NCBI GenBank assembly: GCA_963797555.1
Contig: CAWCPV010000003.1
Span: 288,001-352,000, forward strand
DNA: 64,000 nt
Direction: 5' to 3'
DNA from: an uncultured Gammaproteobacteria bacterium
GTDB taxonomy: Bacteria > Pseudomonadota > Gammaproteobacteria > CAWCPV01
Below are positions 1 to 11,792 of this stretch, piece after piece (position 1 is the stretch's first letter; each line of letters begins with the position of its first letter). The notes below the pieces were generated by a model. The model worked only from the letters and a program-made list of their open reading frames with translations, was not told the DNA's origin and did not search any database. The translations under genes and the position numbers were made by a program.

Positions 1-2
1 AG

Positions 3-122
3 GCGCAGGGTGTAGACCATCTGCTCTGTGCCCTTGGCGCCGGCGCGCTTCCCACAGACCTGGTACGCGCAGCCATGAGGACTATCGCAGAGCAGGTCAT
101 GCCGCGGTTCCAGCAAGATTGA
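3..122 (+). CDS. 3' end of probable LLM-class flavin-dependent oxidoreductase (partial)
   Basis: Frame reads AQGVDHLLCALGAGALPTDLVRAAMRTIAEQVMPRFQQD*, like luciferase-like monooxygenase C-termini (..EVMP.F). Confidence 0.5.
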   Translation, partial: AQGVDHLLCALGAGALPTDLVRAAMRTIAEQVMPRFQQD

Positions 123-476
123 GAGCTTGTGAGAAATCGCCGCGAGCGGCCCGAGAGCAAGGCGCACGCAGCGCAGCGACGAGACATATCCAGTCGATGG
201 GCGACGAGCGACCGAATGAGGATAGCCATTTCGGCACGTCCGGGGGACGCCCCGAAGGGGTGGCGTACAGGGAGGTACGCCATGACCGCCGCTCAACGCC
301 GCTATCCGGACGCACAGCAGATTGATTCACAGGCTCTCTGCTTTCCATGCCGCAACGGCCCAAGGGTCGGGCCGTCCGTCTCTCGGGCTGAAGCTGATAT
401 CATGAGTTCTTGTCCCGACGAGGCATCGCGTCAGCGTGCGGGCGCGCGCCCCTCGCGGCGTCGGGAGCGCAACGAT

Positions 477-893
477 ATGCGGCCCTGGAAGACAACACGC
501 CTGAAACCCGATGTCATGGGGAGCGTCCTTCAGCTCTACGACTCACGGGTCGGTGCCATCCATGTCGACAGCTTCGCGGTGAGGGTCCGGTTCTCCTTCG
601 CGTACATCGCCCGCTCCGCGCAACGCCGCCGGAGCGGCGGGGGTCTCTGGGCCCAGGAGGCGGAGATGATTTTCCCCGGCGGTGCCGTGGGGATGCCGCT
701 GCCGCCGCTGCCCAATACCATAGCGGACGGATTCGTCGAGGTGGGCGGCGTCCAGCACGATACTATCCGCCTTCCATTCAAATGCAGGGGCCGGGGTTCG
801 CTGTGGCTGAAATTCGTCGATGCCTCCACGCTGAGCGTGAGCGGACTCGCACCCGGCATCGAGCTTTTGGGCAACGCCGTACGCATCGAATAG
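477..893 (+). CDS. hypothetical protein
   Basis: Protein-like C-terminal part of ORF 129..893 starting MRPWKTT. Confidence 0.45.
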   Translation: MRPWKTTRLKPDVMGSVLQLYDSRVGAIHVDSFAVRVRFSFAYIARSAQRRRSGGGLWAQEAEMIFPGGAVGMPLPPLPNTIADGFVEVGGVQHDTIRLPFKCRGRGSLWLKFVDASTLSVSGLAPGIELLGNAVRIE

Positions 894-1108
894 GCGGCGG
901 AGAGTCCGGCATCGTCGGCAACGGCTTCATCTCGCCGATCGGCGACCAGGCACGGGAGCATCACAGGATCGCCGTGTTCTGACGGCCCGCACCCACCGTA
1001 TATGGGGCACCCCTCCCAGAATGCGCATATCCGGCGCGCGGCGCGGCTCAGGGTCTACACCCAGCCGGCTGGACAAATGGCATCCGGAGCGCGTATACGA
1101 GCCCGGAG

Positions 1109-2045
1109 ATGAGGGTCCTGGTCACCGGCAGCGCGTCTCGACTGGCAAGGGTACTGCTGCCGCTGCTGTGCGCCGAGGAGCGCATCAGCCATATCATCGG
1201 CGTGGATCTTCGAGCCAGCGGCTTCGTCCACCGACGGTTCTCGGAGCATCATCTCGAACGTCCGTGCGTCCGTGCTGCACCGGCTCTTCACCGGGGTCGA
1301 TGCGCTTATCCACATGGCCTTCATCGTCATGCGTGGGGAGCTGGGTAGGCACCGGCGGGATCGCTTGTTGATGCACAGCATCAACGTGAACGGCAGTATC
1401 AACGTGTTCCGTGCCGCCATGGCGGAGGCCGTGCCGCACGTGATTCACGTCTCCAGCGCAGCGGTCTACGGAGCCTGGCCGGACAACCCGACGCATCTGG
1501 ATGAAGCACGCCCGCTGCGCGCGATGAGCGGCTTCGCCTATGCCGAAGACAAGGTCACCGTAGAAGCGTGGCTCGACCAGTACCAGCAGGCGGCGGGGGC
1601 CCCCCGGGTGACGCGCCTGCGCCCCCACGCCATCCTCGGCCCCCATTGCCAGCCCTTGCTCAGATTCCTGCTCCGTCAGCCCTTCTATCCACGCCTACCA
1701 GACCCGCAGCCCGTGACCCAATGCGTCTGGGAGGACGACGTCGCGCGCGCCATTGTCCAGGGACTCTTCAGTAATGCGAGCGGCAGCTTCAACTTAGCCG
1801 CGGAACCGGCCATGTCGTTCCGTGCGATGCAGCAGTTCCGACACCGGCGCGCCTTTCCCCTACCCTTCCCCTTGGTACGGGCGCTCCAGCGCGCCCTGTG
1901 GCATGTCGCCGGCGTCGGCGGTGAGCCGGGCTGGCTGCAGGCTCTGCCGCATTCTTTGGCCCTCGATTGCCGGCGGGCTCACCAGTATCTCGGCTGGCGG
2001 CCTCAAGCCTCCGTCTACGACTGTCTGCGGCAGCTCCCGCGCTGA
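1109..2045 (+). CDS. NAD-dependent epimerase/dehydratase (extended SDR), frameshift near 1260
   Basis: MRVLVTG Rossmann start; INVNGS, HVSSAAVYG and YAEDK (YxxxK) motifs split over two frames. Confidence 0.85.
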
Positions 2046-2065
2046 TCCGCGTCCTCTAGCCAACC

Positions 2066-2710
2066 AAGGGAGACCCCCCGGCTTTGCCGGGGTGGCAGTA
2101 GGGGTTTGACATTTTAGGGAGTCCATTGAGGAGACTCCGAATCGTGAGCCGCCAAGCACACGAAACGGAGAACCGCGATGGACGAGTATGAGAGCCTAAG
2201 CCACACGAAGTGGGAGTGCAAATACCATGTGGTATTCATTCCCAAGTGTCGCAGGAGAACGCTGTACGAGCAGCTGAGGCAGCACCTGGGGGAAGTGTTC
2301 CGCAGGTTGGCTGCGCAGAAGGAGAGTCGCATTGAGGAAGGGCACCTGATGCCCGATCACGTGCACATGCTGATCGCGATCCCGCCGAAGCACGCGGTGT
2401 CGCAGGTGATCGGATACCTCAAGGGTAAGAGTGCGATCCACTTAGCGCTACTTAGCGCGGGTGTAGGGTGAGCGAAAGCGCAACGTTGTCGGGCAGTTAC
2501 TTCTGGGCCAGGGGGTACTAGGAAGCCGTGATCCGGGAATACATCCGACACCAAGAGGAAAAGGACAAGCGCCTCGACCAGATGAACCTTTGGCGCTGAC
2601 CGGCCACCGTTACGGTGGCCTATGAACGTCGGGGCCGCGTGAGCGACCCCGGTTAGCTGCTTTGAGCGGCTCACATATCGAAAGCCCCCGGCTTTGCCGG
2701 GGGATTGTTA
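2066..2710 (+). mobile_element. tnpA: IS200/IS605-family element with degenerate tnpA (2178..2599)
   Basis: KYHVVFIPK and HUH motif DHVHML; hairpin cccccggctttgccggggg at both ends. Confidence 0.9.
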
Positions 2711-2745
2711 CTCGGGAGGGCTCTCGCGGCGATGCTTGCCAGGCC

Positions 2746-4149
2746 ATGACGAAGGCAATAAGCTACCCGCAAATCCTGAGGTATCTCCTTCGTTGCTCCG
2801 CGTCCGAAGCCTCATCTGGCTCCTGCTCGTGTTCTGCCCCCTTTGGGGAGCAGACCAGAGCGCGCCCCACGTTGTGCTCTTGCACGTCCAAGGCGCCATC
2901 GGCCCGGCCACCGCCGACTATGTGGTACGGGGCCTGAAGACGGCAGCGGAGCATCGGGCAGGATTGGCGATCATCGAAATGGATACGCCGGGCGGGCTCG
3001 ATTCGGCCATGCGCCAGATCATCCAGGCGATATTGGGCTCGCCGATCCCAGTGGCGGGCTTCGTGGCGCCTTCCGGCGCCCGCGCAGCCAGTGCCGGCAC
3101 CTATATTCTCTATGCGTGCCACATCGCCGGCATGGCGCCAGGTACGAACCTCGGAGCGGCAACGCCGATCGAGCTGGGCACCCCGTTGCCGGAAACACCG
3201 CAGAAGGCCGGCCGCGGCGAGGAGCCGAAAAAGTCCGACGAAACAGGCGGGGACGCGAAGACCCGCAAGCTGGTGCAACGATGCGGTCGCCTACATCCGC
3301 AGCCTCGCGGAGTTGCGGCATCGCAACGCAGATTGGGCGGAGAAGGCGGTGCGCGAAGCGGCCAGCCTATCGGCCCAGGAAGCTTTGAAGCTCAACGTCA
3401 TCGATCTCATGGCAACGGACATCGCAGATCTGTTGGGCGCAGTCGATGGCCGGGAGGTCGATGTGCTCGGCAGGATCGTCTCTCTGAAGACCCGCGGTAT
3501 CTTGGTCGAACGCGTGGAGCCGGATTGGCGCAGTCAGTTGCTGGCAGTGATTACCGACCCCAATATCGCCTACGTCTTGATGATCATCGGGATCTACGGC
3601 CTGATCTTCGAGTTCGCGAACCCAGGCTTCGTTCTGCCGGGCGTGGCGGGCGCGATCTGCCTGCTCCTCGCCCTCTATGCCTTCCAGGTGCTACCAGTCA
3701 ACTATGCGGGCCTCGGCCTCATCCTGCTAGGACTCGCGTTCATGGTCGCGGAGGCGTTCATGCCTAGCTTCGGAGCGCTGGGCGTCGGAGGCGTGATCGC
3801 GTTCATCGTGGGCTCGATCATGCTCATGGACACCGGCGCGCCAGGCTACCGCATCCACTGGGAGCTGATCGCCGGGCTGGGGCTGGGAAGCGCGATCTTC
3901 CTGATCGGCGCGGTGACCTTAGCGCTGCGCGCCCGCAGCCGCCCCGTGGTCAGCGGCCGCGAGGCCCTGATAGACGCCCCCGGGGAAGCCTTGGGGGACT
4001 TCGAAGGCGAGGGCCGGATCCGCCTTCGCGGCGAGACCTGGCTCGCCCGTGCCCGCGTCCCGATAAAGCGCGGCCAGAAGGTCCGTGTTGTCCGCAAGGA
4101 GGACCTGATACTCATCGTCGAGCCGGAGGCACCTGAGGAGGGCCCGTGA
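2746..4149 (+). CDS. nfeD: NfeD-family membrane serine protease (long form), frameshifted; start uncertain
   Basis: MDTPGGL, AASAG, GTNLGAA motifs; TM region and C-terminal OB fold (GETWLAR); adjacent to a stomatin gene. Confidence 0.9.
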
Positions 4150-4150
4150 C

Positions 4151-4907
4151 ATGAACGCCATCTATGTGACCCTGGGCATCATCCTGGCGGCGGTATTCGC
4201 CTCCGTCCGTATACTCTGGGAATATGAGCGCGGCGTGGTCTTTCTATTGGGGCGCTTCTGGAAGGTGAAGGGCCCCGGCCTGATCCTGGTCATTCCCATC
4301 CTGCAACGCATCGTGCGCGTCGACCTGCGTACCATGGTGCTCGATGTCCCCACTCAGAGACGTCATCTCCCGCGACAACGTCTCGGTCAAGGTGAACGCG
4401 GTGATTTACTACCGCGTGATAGACCCCGAACGGGCCATCATCCAAGTCGAGGATTTCAATATGGCGACCAGCCAGTTGGCGCAGACGACTTTGCGCTCGG
4501 TCTTGGGTCAGCACGAGCTGGACGAGATGCTGGCGGAACGGGACCGGCTCAACGTCGACATCCAGGCGATCCTCGACAAGCAGACCGACGCCTGGGGCAT
4601 CAAAGTCGCGAATGTCGAGATCAAGCACGTCGATCTGGACGAGAGCATGATCCGCGCCATTGCCAGGCAAGCGGAGGCCGAGCGCGAACGCCGCGCCAAG
4701 GTCATCAACGCCGAGGGCGAGTTCCAGGCCGCGGCGAAGATGCTGGAGGCGGCGCGCATCCTCGCACAGGAGCCTGTCGCGATACAGTTGCGCTATCTGC
4801 ACACCCTGACCGACATCGCCACCGAGCGGAACTCGACCATCGCGTTCCCGATCCCCATCGATCTCCTGGCCCCGCTGTTGAAGTCCGCGGAGAGCAAACG
4901 CGGCTAA
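4151..4907 (+). CDS. SPFH/stomatin (slipin) family protein, frameshift near 4355
   Basis: [55 protein letters not shown]. Confidence 0.93.
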
Positions 4908-4932
4908 AGGGACGTTTTGCAGTCACACGGCC

Positions 4933-5667
4933 ATGCCCGACTCACGGCAACCCACCTCCGCCTCGTTGGAGCGTAAGCGTCCGAAACCGATCTCGCCGCT
5001 TGAGATCAAGGGCAGCGTGTTCACTCTCGGAGTGCTGCACCTTCTGGTGAGCGACCTGGACGCCATCGCCGGCGAACTAACCGCCAAGCTCAAAATGAGC
5101 CCGCGGTTCTTCCGCCATGCGCCGCTCGTCATCGACCTGCAAGCGCTGCCGGAATCCGCGGAGCCGGTCGACTTCGACGCCTTGGTGCGCCTGCTGCGAT
5201 CGCACGATCTGGTCCCGGTCGGAGTGCGCAACGCCGCCCCCCAGCAGCAGGAGGCAGCGTTGGCGGTCGGTCTGGGGGTTCTGCAGGGGGGGCGACCAGA
5301 ACGGGAACGCCGTGAAACCGAGGCCGCGGCGCCCTCGCATACGCCGACCAAGCTCATCACTCAGCCGGTGCGCTCGGGTCAACAGATCTATGCGCAGGCC
5401 GGGGACCTGATCGTCCTCGCACCCGTCAGCCCTGGCGCGGAGCTGCTTGCAGATGGTCATATCCACGTTTATGCACCGCTACGCGGACGAGCGCTGGCGG
5501 GTATCCAGGGCGACACCAGCGCACGCATCTTCTGCCAATGCCTGGAAGCGGAACTGATCTCGGTCGCGGGCCACTACCGGGTCATCGAGGATCTGGACGC
5601 AGCCGTGCGCGGCAGGCCGGTGCAGGCATACCTGGAGGGCGAGCGCCTCACCATCAAGGGACTCTAG
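4933..5667 (+). CDS. minC: septum site-determining protein MinC
   Basis: VRSGQQIYA..GDLIV..VSPGAELLADGHIHVY..LRGRALAG; upstream of minD. Confidence 0.95.
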   Translation: MPDSRQPTSASLERKRPKPISPLEIKGSVFTLGVLHLLVSDLDAIAGELTAKLKMSPRFFRHAPLVIDLQALPESAEPVDFDALVRLLRSHDLVPVGVRNAAPQQQEAALAVGLGVLQGGRPERERRETEAAAPSHTPTKLITQPVRSGQQIYAQAGDLIVLAPVSPGAELLADGHIHVYAPLRGRALAGIQGDTSARIFCQCLEAELISVAGHYRVIEDLDAAVRGRPVQAYLEGERLTIKGL

Positions 5668-5721
5668 GGCACGGACGGGAACTCTTTACAATCTGGCCAA
5701 CTTTTCCGGGGCAGGGACGAT

Positions 5722-6546
5722 ATGTCGGAGAACTCACTAGCAAAGATCATCGTAGTCACCTCTGGCAAAGGCGGCGTGGGCAAGACCACTACCGCCGCGA
5801 GCTTCGGGGCAGGGCTCGCTCAGAGGGCCTTCAGAACGGTCGTGATAGACTTCGATGTCGGGCTGCGCAACCTCGACCTGATCATGGGCTGCGAGCGCCG
5901 CGTGGTCTACGACTTCGTCAACGTCATCAACAACGAAGCCACCCTCAAGCAGGCGCTCATCAAGGACAAGCGGGTGGATGGCCTGTTCATCCTTCCGGCC
6001 TCTCAGACTCGCGACAAGGAGGCATTGACCCAGGAGGGCGTCGAGAGAGTCCTGACCGAGCTACAGCAGAACTTCGACTACATCATCTGCGATTCACCGG
6101 CTGGCATCGAACGCGGCGCATTGATGGCCATGTACTTTGCGGATCAGGCGCTGGTCGTGACCAACCCGGAGGTGTCCTCCGTACGGGATTCGGATCGTAT
6201 CCTCGGTATCCTGGCCGCCAAGTCGCGCCGTGCCGAACGGGGCGACACCCCCATAAAGGAGCACCTGGTACTGACCCGTTATGCCCCGGAGCGGGTCACC
6301 CGGGGAGAGATGCTGAGCGTGGAAGATGTCAACGAGATCCTGGCCATCCCGGTCCTCGGAGTGATCCCGGAATCGCAGACTGTTCTCTCCGCCTCCAACG
6401 CTGGCGTGCCTGTGATACTCGAGGACAAGAGCGAAGCCGCACAAGCGTATTCCGACACAGTTGCCCGCTTTCTAGGGGAAGACCGACCCCACCGCTTCCT
6501 GCGGGAAGAGAAGAAGGGTTTCCTCCGACGCTTCTTTGGGAGCTGA
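5722..6546 (+). CDS. minD: septum site-determining ATPase MinD
   Basis: SGKGGVGKTT, DFDVGLRNLDLIMG, DSPAGIE, C-terminal KKGFLRRFFG helix. Confidence 0.98.
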   Translation: MSENSLAKIIVVTSGKGGVGKTTTAASFGAGLAQRAFRTVVIDFDVGLRNLDLIMGCERRVVYDFVNVINNEATLKQALIKDKRVDGLFILPASQTRDKEALTQEGVERVLTELQQNFDYIICDSPAGIERGALMAMYFADQALVVTNPEVSSVRDSDRILGILAAKSRRAERGDTPIKEHLVLTRYAPERVTRGEMLSVEDVNEILAIPVLGVIPESQTVLSASNAGVPVILEDKSEAAQAYSDTVARFLGEDRPHRFLREEKKGFLRRFFGS

Positions 6547-6549
6547 GTC

Positions 6550-6820
6550 ATGAGCCTTCTCAACTACTTTCGCACGGCGAGCAGGAGAAACACGGCTGCG
6601 GTCGCCAAGGAGCGCCTGCAGATTATCGTCGCCCACGAGCGCGCCTACCGCAACGCACCCCATTACCTCCCAATCCTGCAAAAGGGGACTGCTGGACGTC
6701 ATCGGCAAGTACGTCAGAGTGCAGGACGACCACGTGCGGATCAACCTCGAGCGAGAGGGCGACTACGAGATCTTGGAGCTGAACATCACCTTGCCCGACG
6801 ACCCATCTGCTAGGCGTTAG
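6550..6820 (+). CDS. minE: topological specificity factor MinE, frameshift near 6685
   Basis: [17 protein letters not shown] in one frame, [18 protein letters not shown] in the next. Confidence 0.92.
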
Positions 6821-6849
6821 TGAGGTCCGTCTTACTCAGGCACGGGCAC

Positions 6850-7065
6850 CCCGGCGAGGCGCGCCGGGGACATGTCGATGCACACGACGGTGATTCTCTC
6901 CGGCGTGTCGCCGTGGACGCGCAGATCCTCGGCAAACTGCCCAACGGTCCCTTGATCCCGCCCGTCACAGCCATAGAGCACCCGAGCGGCCTCGAGGTCA
7001 TGGAACAGGCTGATGTAGCGCTGGCCGCGCCGGCCGGCCGTCTCGTCAATGCCGACCAAGCGCAC
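6850..7065 (-). pseudogene. ISL3-family transposase fragment
   Basis: GIDETA.RRGQRYISLF..VCIDMSPA motifs. Confidence 0.8.
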
Positions 7066-7696
7066 CGCGCTAAAGTCCGCTCACCTGGCATCCGAAGCCA
7101 GGACACGGGTCATTGCTGCCGATTGCCCGACGCGGACCCGCGGACAACCACGAGCAGAAGGAGTGTGCCCAATAATATGGGCATCGGCACCCTCCGGCAA
7201 ATCGTACGGCGCTTCGGTCATAAGCGAGAACGGGCGCATGTTTTCGGGTGATTGAGGTTCTGGCGATTTGAAATCGGCCCGCGGAATTCGCCTGGCTGAT
7301 CGTCGCCGGACTTGTCAGCAGACAGAGCTTGAACACGAACCGCGGCAGGACAAGTCGCTTTCGCACCGTCGAGACTCAATGAGTGGTCCGGTCAGCAGTA
7401 CACGCTGCGTCCGGATGTCTGGCCAATCGAGGAAACGCGGCCTGGCACGCGCCCACAACGGCTTGACGCCCCGATCCCAAGGCTCTAACGGCGATCGAGG
7501 CTACCACCGGTTTCTCACCTCGGCGTTTCGTGCCTTCCATTGCTCGTCATCTGTGCTAATGTTTGGTAAGCTTACGCCGGACATCCAAACGGGGTCCGGC
7601 CCCAAAGTCATACCCGCGGTATTGGCTGCTTCCGCGCTCGTGCGACGGCGTTAGCGGTTAAGCATTGTAGGGACCGCACCAGAAGAGGAGAGACCC

Positions 7697-8251
7697 ATGA
7701 CTTCGTCCAACCGGTATGCTCTGACAGCAGATCAGGTCCGTCGGGCCGCACGTGGGCCGTTTGCCGTTTCGATATTCTTGGCAGTCCTGCTGGGCATCTC
7801 AGCCCCAACCCGGGCGAACGATAACCCGGCTCTGTGGAAACGGGAGGTCAAAGCCCGCTACGACGTGTTGCTTGAGGATGTCAAATCCGCGTTGGAGGCA
7901 TACCAGTTCACGATTGTATCCGAGCAGGATCTGGCAAAGGCGTTGGCCAAGAACCGGCACGTTTTCGGCGAGGGCAAGTGGAACACCATTGGGTTTCAGG
8001 AAGCCACCGTCGTGAATTTCTGTTCCCTGGTCTTTAACCAACAGGTGTTCAACCTGAACATGGATTATTCGATCCTGTGTCCGTTTAAAGTGGTCCTGTA
8101 CTCCATGGAGAAGAGCCCTGATTCGGTGACGATCATAATGGTCCGGCCAACGTATCTTCTCGCGCACTTCCCAGATCCGAGCGCTAAGGAAGTCGCCAAG
8201 AGGATCGAAGACCGCATCGTCGCGGCCCTTACCGAGGCGCTCCCCCACTGA
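7697..8251 (+). CDS. exported DUF302-domain protein
   Basis: Signal peptide; NFCS..ILCPFKVVLY..RPT pattern; RBS gaggag. Confidence 0.7.
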   Translation: MTSSNRYALTADQVRRAARGPFAVSIFLAVLLGISAPTRANDNPALWKREVKARYDVLLEDVKSALEAYQFTIVSEQDLAKALAKNRHVFGEGKWNTIGFQEATVVNFCSLVFNQQVFNLNMDYSILCPFKVVLYSMEKSPDSVTIIMVRPTYLLAHFPDPSAKEVAKRIEDRIVAALTEALPH

Positions 8252-8714
8252 CATTGACCTGTGGAAGAGGCTCGACGGGCGCGGCCCGCGGCGCGAACGT
8301 GCCTAGCCGCTAGCGCCGCACGGCCGGGCGTTCGCGCGTAGATGGGCCGGATATGCCGGTCATCCCTCGGCACCACGCGGAACATCAGGTGTCTGGTTTG
8401 GAGACGCAAGACCGGGTTTGCATCGCCGCCCCGACAGACGGCGCGGAGCTCGGCGCAGCCGCCACGGCCTGCGGTCACGTTGAGATGGTTGAGACGTGTG
8501 GGGCGCGTGATCATCCAGGGCGGGGGCGACGCTGGTCATGCCGACGACGGTCCTGGTGGCAGAGTCGGGCGGTAGCATTCGGGGATCGCGGTCAGCACAC
8601 GGAGGCGGAACGCGACCACTTGAAAAACATGTCGAGACTATGATAATTCCTTGCAGGACCCAGGCGATGAGCAGCAAGCCATGCCTGGTCCCATCAACCC
8701 CAACAGGAGGAACC

Positions 8715-9272
8715 ATGACAGCGACAGCTATCACCGAAGAGATGATCTTCCAGTGCTTTGCCGCCGCCCAGCAGTCGGACGATCCTGCGAAGACTGCCGA
8801 GTCCTTTATAGACGTTGAGGAGTATGAGAATCAGGTCATGTACCCGGAGTTTGCCCGATGGGCCGCGAAGGCGGGGCACCCGCAACTGGCGAAGCTCTTC
8901 CGTAAGGTGGCGGGCGAGGAGAAGCTCCACGCCGTGTGGCTGAGAGCGTTGTACGACGAGGTCGGGGTCCCCCCTCGGGGTGAAGACACACAGCGCGCCG
9001 TCGATGCCCTGCGTACGATCCAGGCGAACTGCGACGCCCTCGTCGCCATGAACCCGGAAGGCGTAGTGGAGAAAGCGTTGGCGGTAGCCATTCGAGTGGA
9101 GGAGCGGGAATACAGGGACATTTACCCGCGCTTTCGCGACCAGGCGCGGGCGTCGAACGACACCCGGGCGGCCGAGGTCTACCAAAAGGTGATCGACTCG
9201 GAACGCCAACATGCCCAGTGGTACCGGGCCGCATTGCGGGACTTCCAGCAGCGCGCGGGTGTTGCTGCCTGA
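8715..9272 (+). CDS. rubrerythrin/erythrin-like di-iron ferritin-fold protein without rubredoxin domain
   Basis: Duplicated E..E..YP.F...A...E..HA motifs; RBS aggagg. Confidence 0.8.
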   Translation: MTATAITEEMIFQCFAAAQQSDDPAKTAESFIDVEEYENQVMYPEFARWAAKAGHPQLAKLFRKVAGEEKLHAVWLRALYDEVGVPPRGEDTQRAVDALRTIQANCDALVAMNPEGVVEKALAVAIRVEEREYRDIYPRFRDQARASNDTRAAEVYQKVIDSERQHAQWYRAALRDFQQRAGVAA

Positions 9273-9283
9273 TCCCGTAGTCC

Positions 9284-10138
9284 TTGACAGATAAGGTCGC
9301 ATTTCCGGCGCCGGCGAGGTGGTGGCAGGCACTGACCCCTGCCATCTACCTCGTTTCTGTCCTGCCCGGAGTCGGTGTCTGGCAACTTCTACGTCCCACC
9401 GGAGACGCCCTGGGGTCGCTCGGAGCGGCCACGGTCGCCGTGGTGCTCGTGCAGCACGCCATTAACGTCTTGAACGACGTGTCCGACTGGCGCCTAGGCG
9501 CGGACGCAGAAAAACGGAACTCCTGGGTCCGCGTCCACGATGAGGATCTCGTCGTGGCCACACGTCATGGGTGGCTGAGCTTCCTAGCGGGCAGCCTGCT
9601 CGGACTCGCCACGCTGGCTCGGGGTGAGCGCTTGTGGATTCTCGCCGTCGCTTTGCCTCTGGTGGGCCTCGGGTATCTCTACAACTCGGGAAGGAGACCT
9701 TTGTCCTATACCCGGCTGGGAGAATGGGTGACCGGCCTGTGCTACGGGCCGGGCGTCTTCGGCTGTCTCTGGCTCGTGGTCCATCAGGACATCGAGATCT
9801 CGACCCTTTTCGGTTGCGCAGCCTTCGGCTGTCTCGCCGTCGGTCTCCTGCTCTCCCATCAACCCCCGCAGATCTCCACAGACCGTCAGGCCGGCAAACA
9901 TTCCTTCGCCGCGCGGTACGGAGCGGTCCGGACGTATCAAACCGCCCGGCTTCTTTTTCTGAGCTTTCTGACCACATGGGGAATGGCGCTGGGGCAGCAA
10001 CAACCGCACCGAGTGACGTTCGCGTTCTATATCACCCTCTCATGTCTGGTATTCTCCGGGACTTACGTCAAGGAACTCGGCCCGAAGTATCTGCTGCTTT
10101 CATCGACCGGCCTGTTCGCGGTCCAAGCCTTGGGGTAG
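9284..10138 (+). CDS. UbiA/MenA-family prenyltransferase
   Basis: NVLNDVSDWRLGAD, GYLYN..PLSYTRLGE, DRQAGKHS motifs; multiple TM helices. Confidence 0.8.
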   Translation: MTDKVAFPAPARWWQALTPAIYLVSVLPGVGVWQLLRPTGDALGSLGAATVAVVLVQHAINVLNDVSDWRLGADAEKRNSWVRVHDEDLVVATRHGWLSFLAGSLLGLATLARGERLWILAVALPLVGLGYLYNSGRRPLSYTRLGEWVTGLCYGPGVFGCLWLVVHQDIEISTLFGCAAFGCLAVGLLLSHQPPQISTDRQAGKHSFAARYGAVRTYQTARLLFLSFLTTWGMALGQQQPHRVTFAFYITLSCLVFSGTYVKELGPKYLLLSSTGLFAVQALG

Positions 10139-10362
10139 TTGCGGTCATCGCAGCGGGTTTGGAAGGACTGCGAGACAACCGCAGAGCATGTCCCTGAACA
10201 AGCGATAGGCCCTGACACTGCGCTTACAGGAGGCATCCGCGCGTACCTGCACAGACACACCGCACCCGCAGCTTCGTAGGCATGTCCGGGCTGAACCACC
10301 TGTTCACGCGAGGAGGTGCGGGCCTCGCCCATGGCGGCCACGGCCAGTCCGAGACGCAGCCA

Positions 10363-10797
10363 TCACCGCAACGGAATTTCCCGGCGCGCACGCTGCATAA
10401 AGGCCTGCAGAATGTGTCCGGCCATGTGATCGAACAATGGCACGGCGACGAACTCCAACGTTCTAGAAGCGAACCGGTAGTTGATGTTCAAGGCCAACTC
10501 GCAGCCGCCGCCGGTGTCGGTAAACCGCCAGTCTATCTCGAGGGACTTGAACATGCCTTCTCGGGAGCACACAACGATGCGTTTCGGCCGCTCCAGTCGC
10601 GCCTCGGAGACGAAGCGGTCGCGGAAGCCGCCCACGGTGATCGTCTGCTCCACCGCAAGGCAGTTGCCCTCGCGGCTTAGAATGCGAGCGCCGGCCCATC
10701 CCGGAACGAATTCAGGATACCGCTCAATGTCGGCCACGAGATCGAAAACAGGCTCCCTCCTATAGGGCAACCACGCGCTGTCTCGACGGCTGGCCAT
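10363..10797 (-). CDS. Coq10/RatA START-domain protein
   Basis: LPY..VFDLVADIERYPEFVP ... AFMQRA. Confidence 0.88.
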   Translation of the reverse strand: MASRRDSAWLPYRREPVFDLVADIERYPEFVPGWAGARILSREGNCLAVEQTITVGGFRDRFVSEARLERPKRIVVCSREGMFKSLEIDWRFTDTGGGCELALNINYRFASRTLEFVAVPLFDHMAGHILQAFMQRARREIPLR

Positions 10798-11514
10798 CGT
10801 CGCCTACGAGCCGCTCAGCACCTGGCGATCGGCCCGTACGAGTTATAGGGCAGGGACAGGAGCGGACTTGCTGGGCATTCGCAAAGCTCAGGACGGGTGG
10901 AAGGCTCCCACCACCGCATCCGTACCTCATCGCCTGGCGATTCTTCCCGCGAGAGAACCGGATCGCCGGTCACCGTCCGGCGGGGCGGGAACACGCTCGT
11001 CAGGCCCCGCCGAGGACGCTCTGAGGCACTCCCACGCGAGGTCCAAGAGAACGACCGTCGCCAAAGAGGTCGTTGGAACCGGGACTGGTGATGCCCGTCG
11101 CCTGCCGAGCAGACCCGGGATTCAGACCGTTCTTGCAGTGAACCGTCAGCCCGAACATGCACTCTCTCGCTTGCCACAAAGGATTCAGGCATAGTGAATC
11201 TCGCCTCCTTCGACCAGGTGTCGCCTCGTAGTTGTTTGCGCCTCCGAGGGGTATAGGGTACCAGCGGCCTCTCAACCTCCATAATCATAAACCCCGGACC
11301 CGGGCAGATTCAGCACGACGCCAGATTATCGGTTCTTGGAGCCTCCGGCATTCTCGGCACCGGCTGGAACCGGTCGAGTACCATCTACTTATGGTTCATC
11401 CGGCAAGGATGGTTCATGGGGAGTGGGTTGAGTGTTGGGGAGTCGTCGCCAGGGTGTGGATTCTCTGTCTGGGTTGGAGTCCGGACCGAGGAGGCAACCA
11501 TGGACCTTGCCAGC

Positions 11515-11632
11515 GAGTACCACCAACCAGACCAAGGTGCTCCAGCGTCAAGCCTGTGGCTTTCGGGACAGGGAGTACTTCAAGCTCCGGCTGATGTTCA
11601 TCCACCAGGCCACCCCCTCACTCGCCGGATGA
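11515..11632 (+). pseudogene. ISL3-family transposase C-terminal fragment
   Basis: N.TKVLQRQACGFRDREYFKLR. Confidence 0.7.
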
Positions 11633-11792
11633 ACCACTTATTTCTCATTGGACTGGCGACGTAGGTAACGAACCAAGGGGGCCCTATTTCTCCACACTTC
11701 CCGGTGGGTTGACAACCGGACCCGAAGCGTCGACACTTTGGTTCGGGCAGTACCCTTGTTTGTAAGACATGTGTGGAAGGAGAGAAAACCCG

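Noticed and set aside
2066-2710. TnpB/IscB RNA-guided nuclease linked to the IS200 elements
   Set aside because: All copies are tnpA-only with no room for a RuvC ORF
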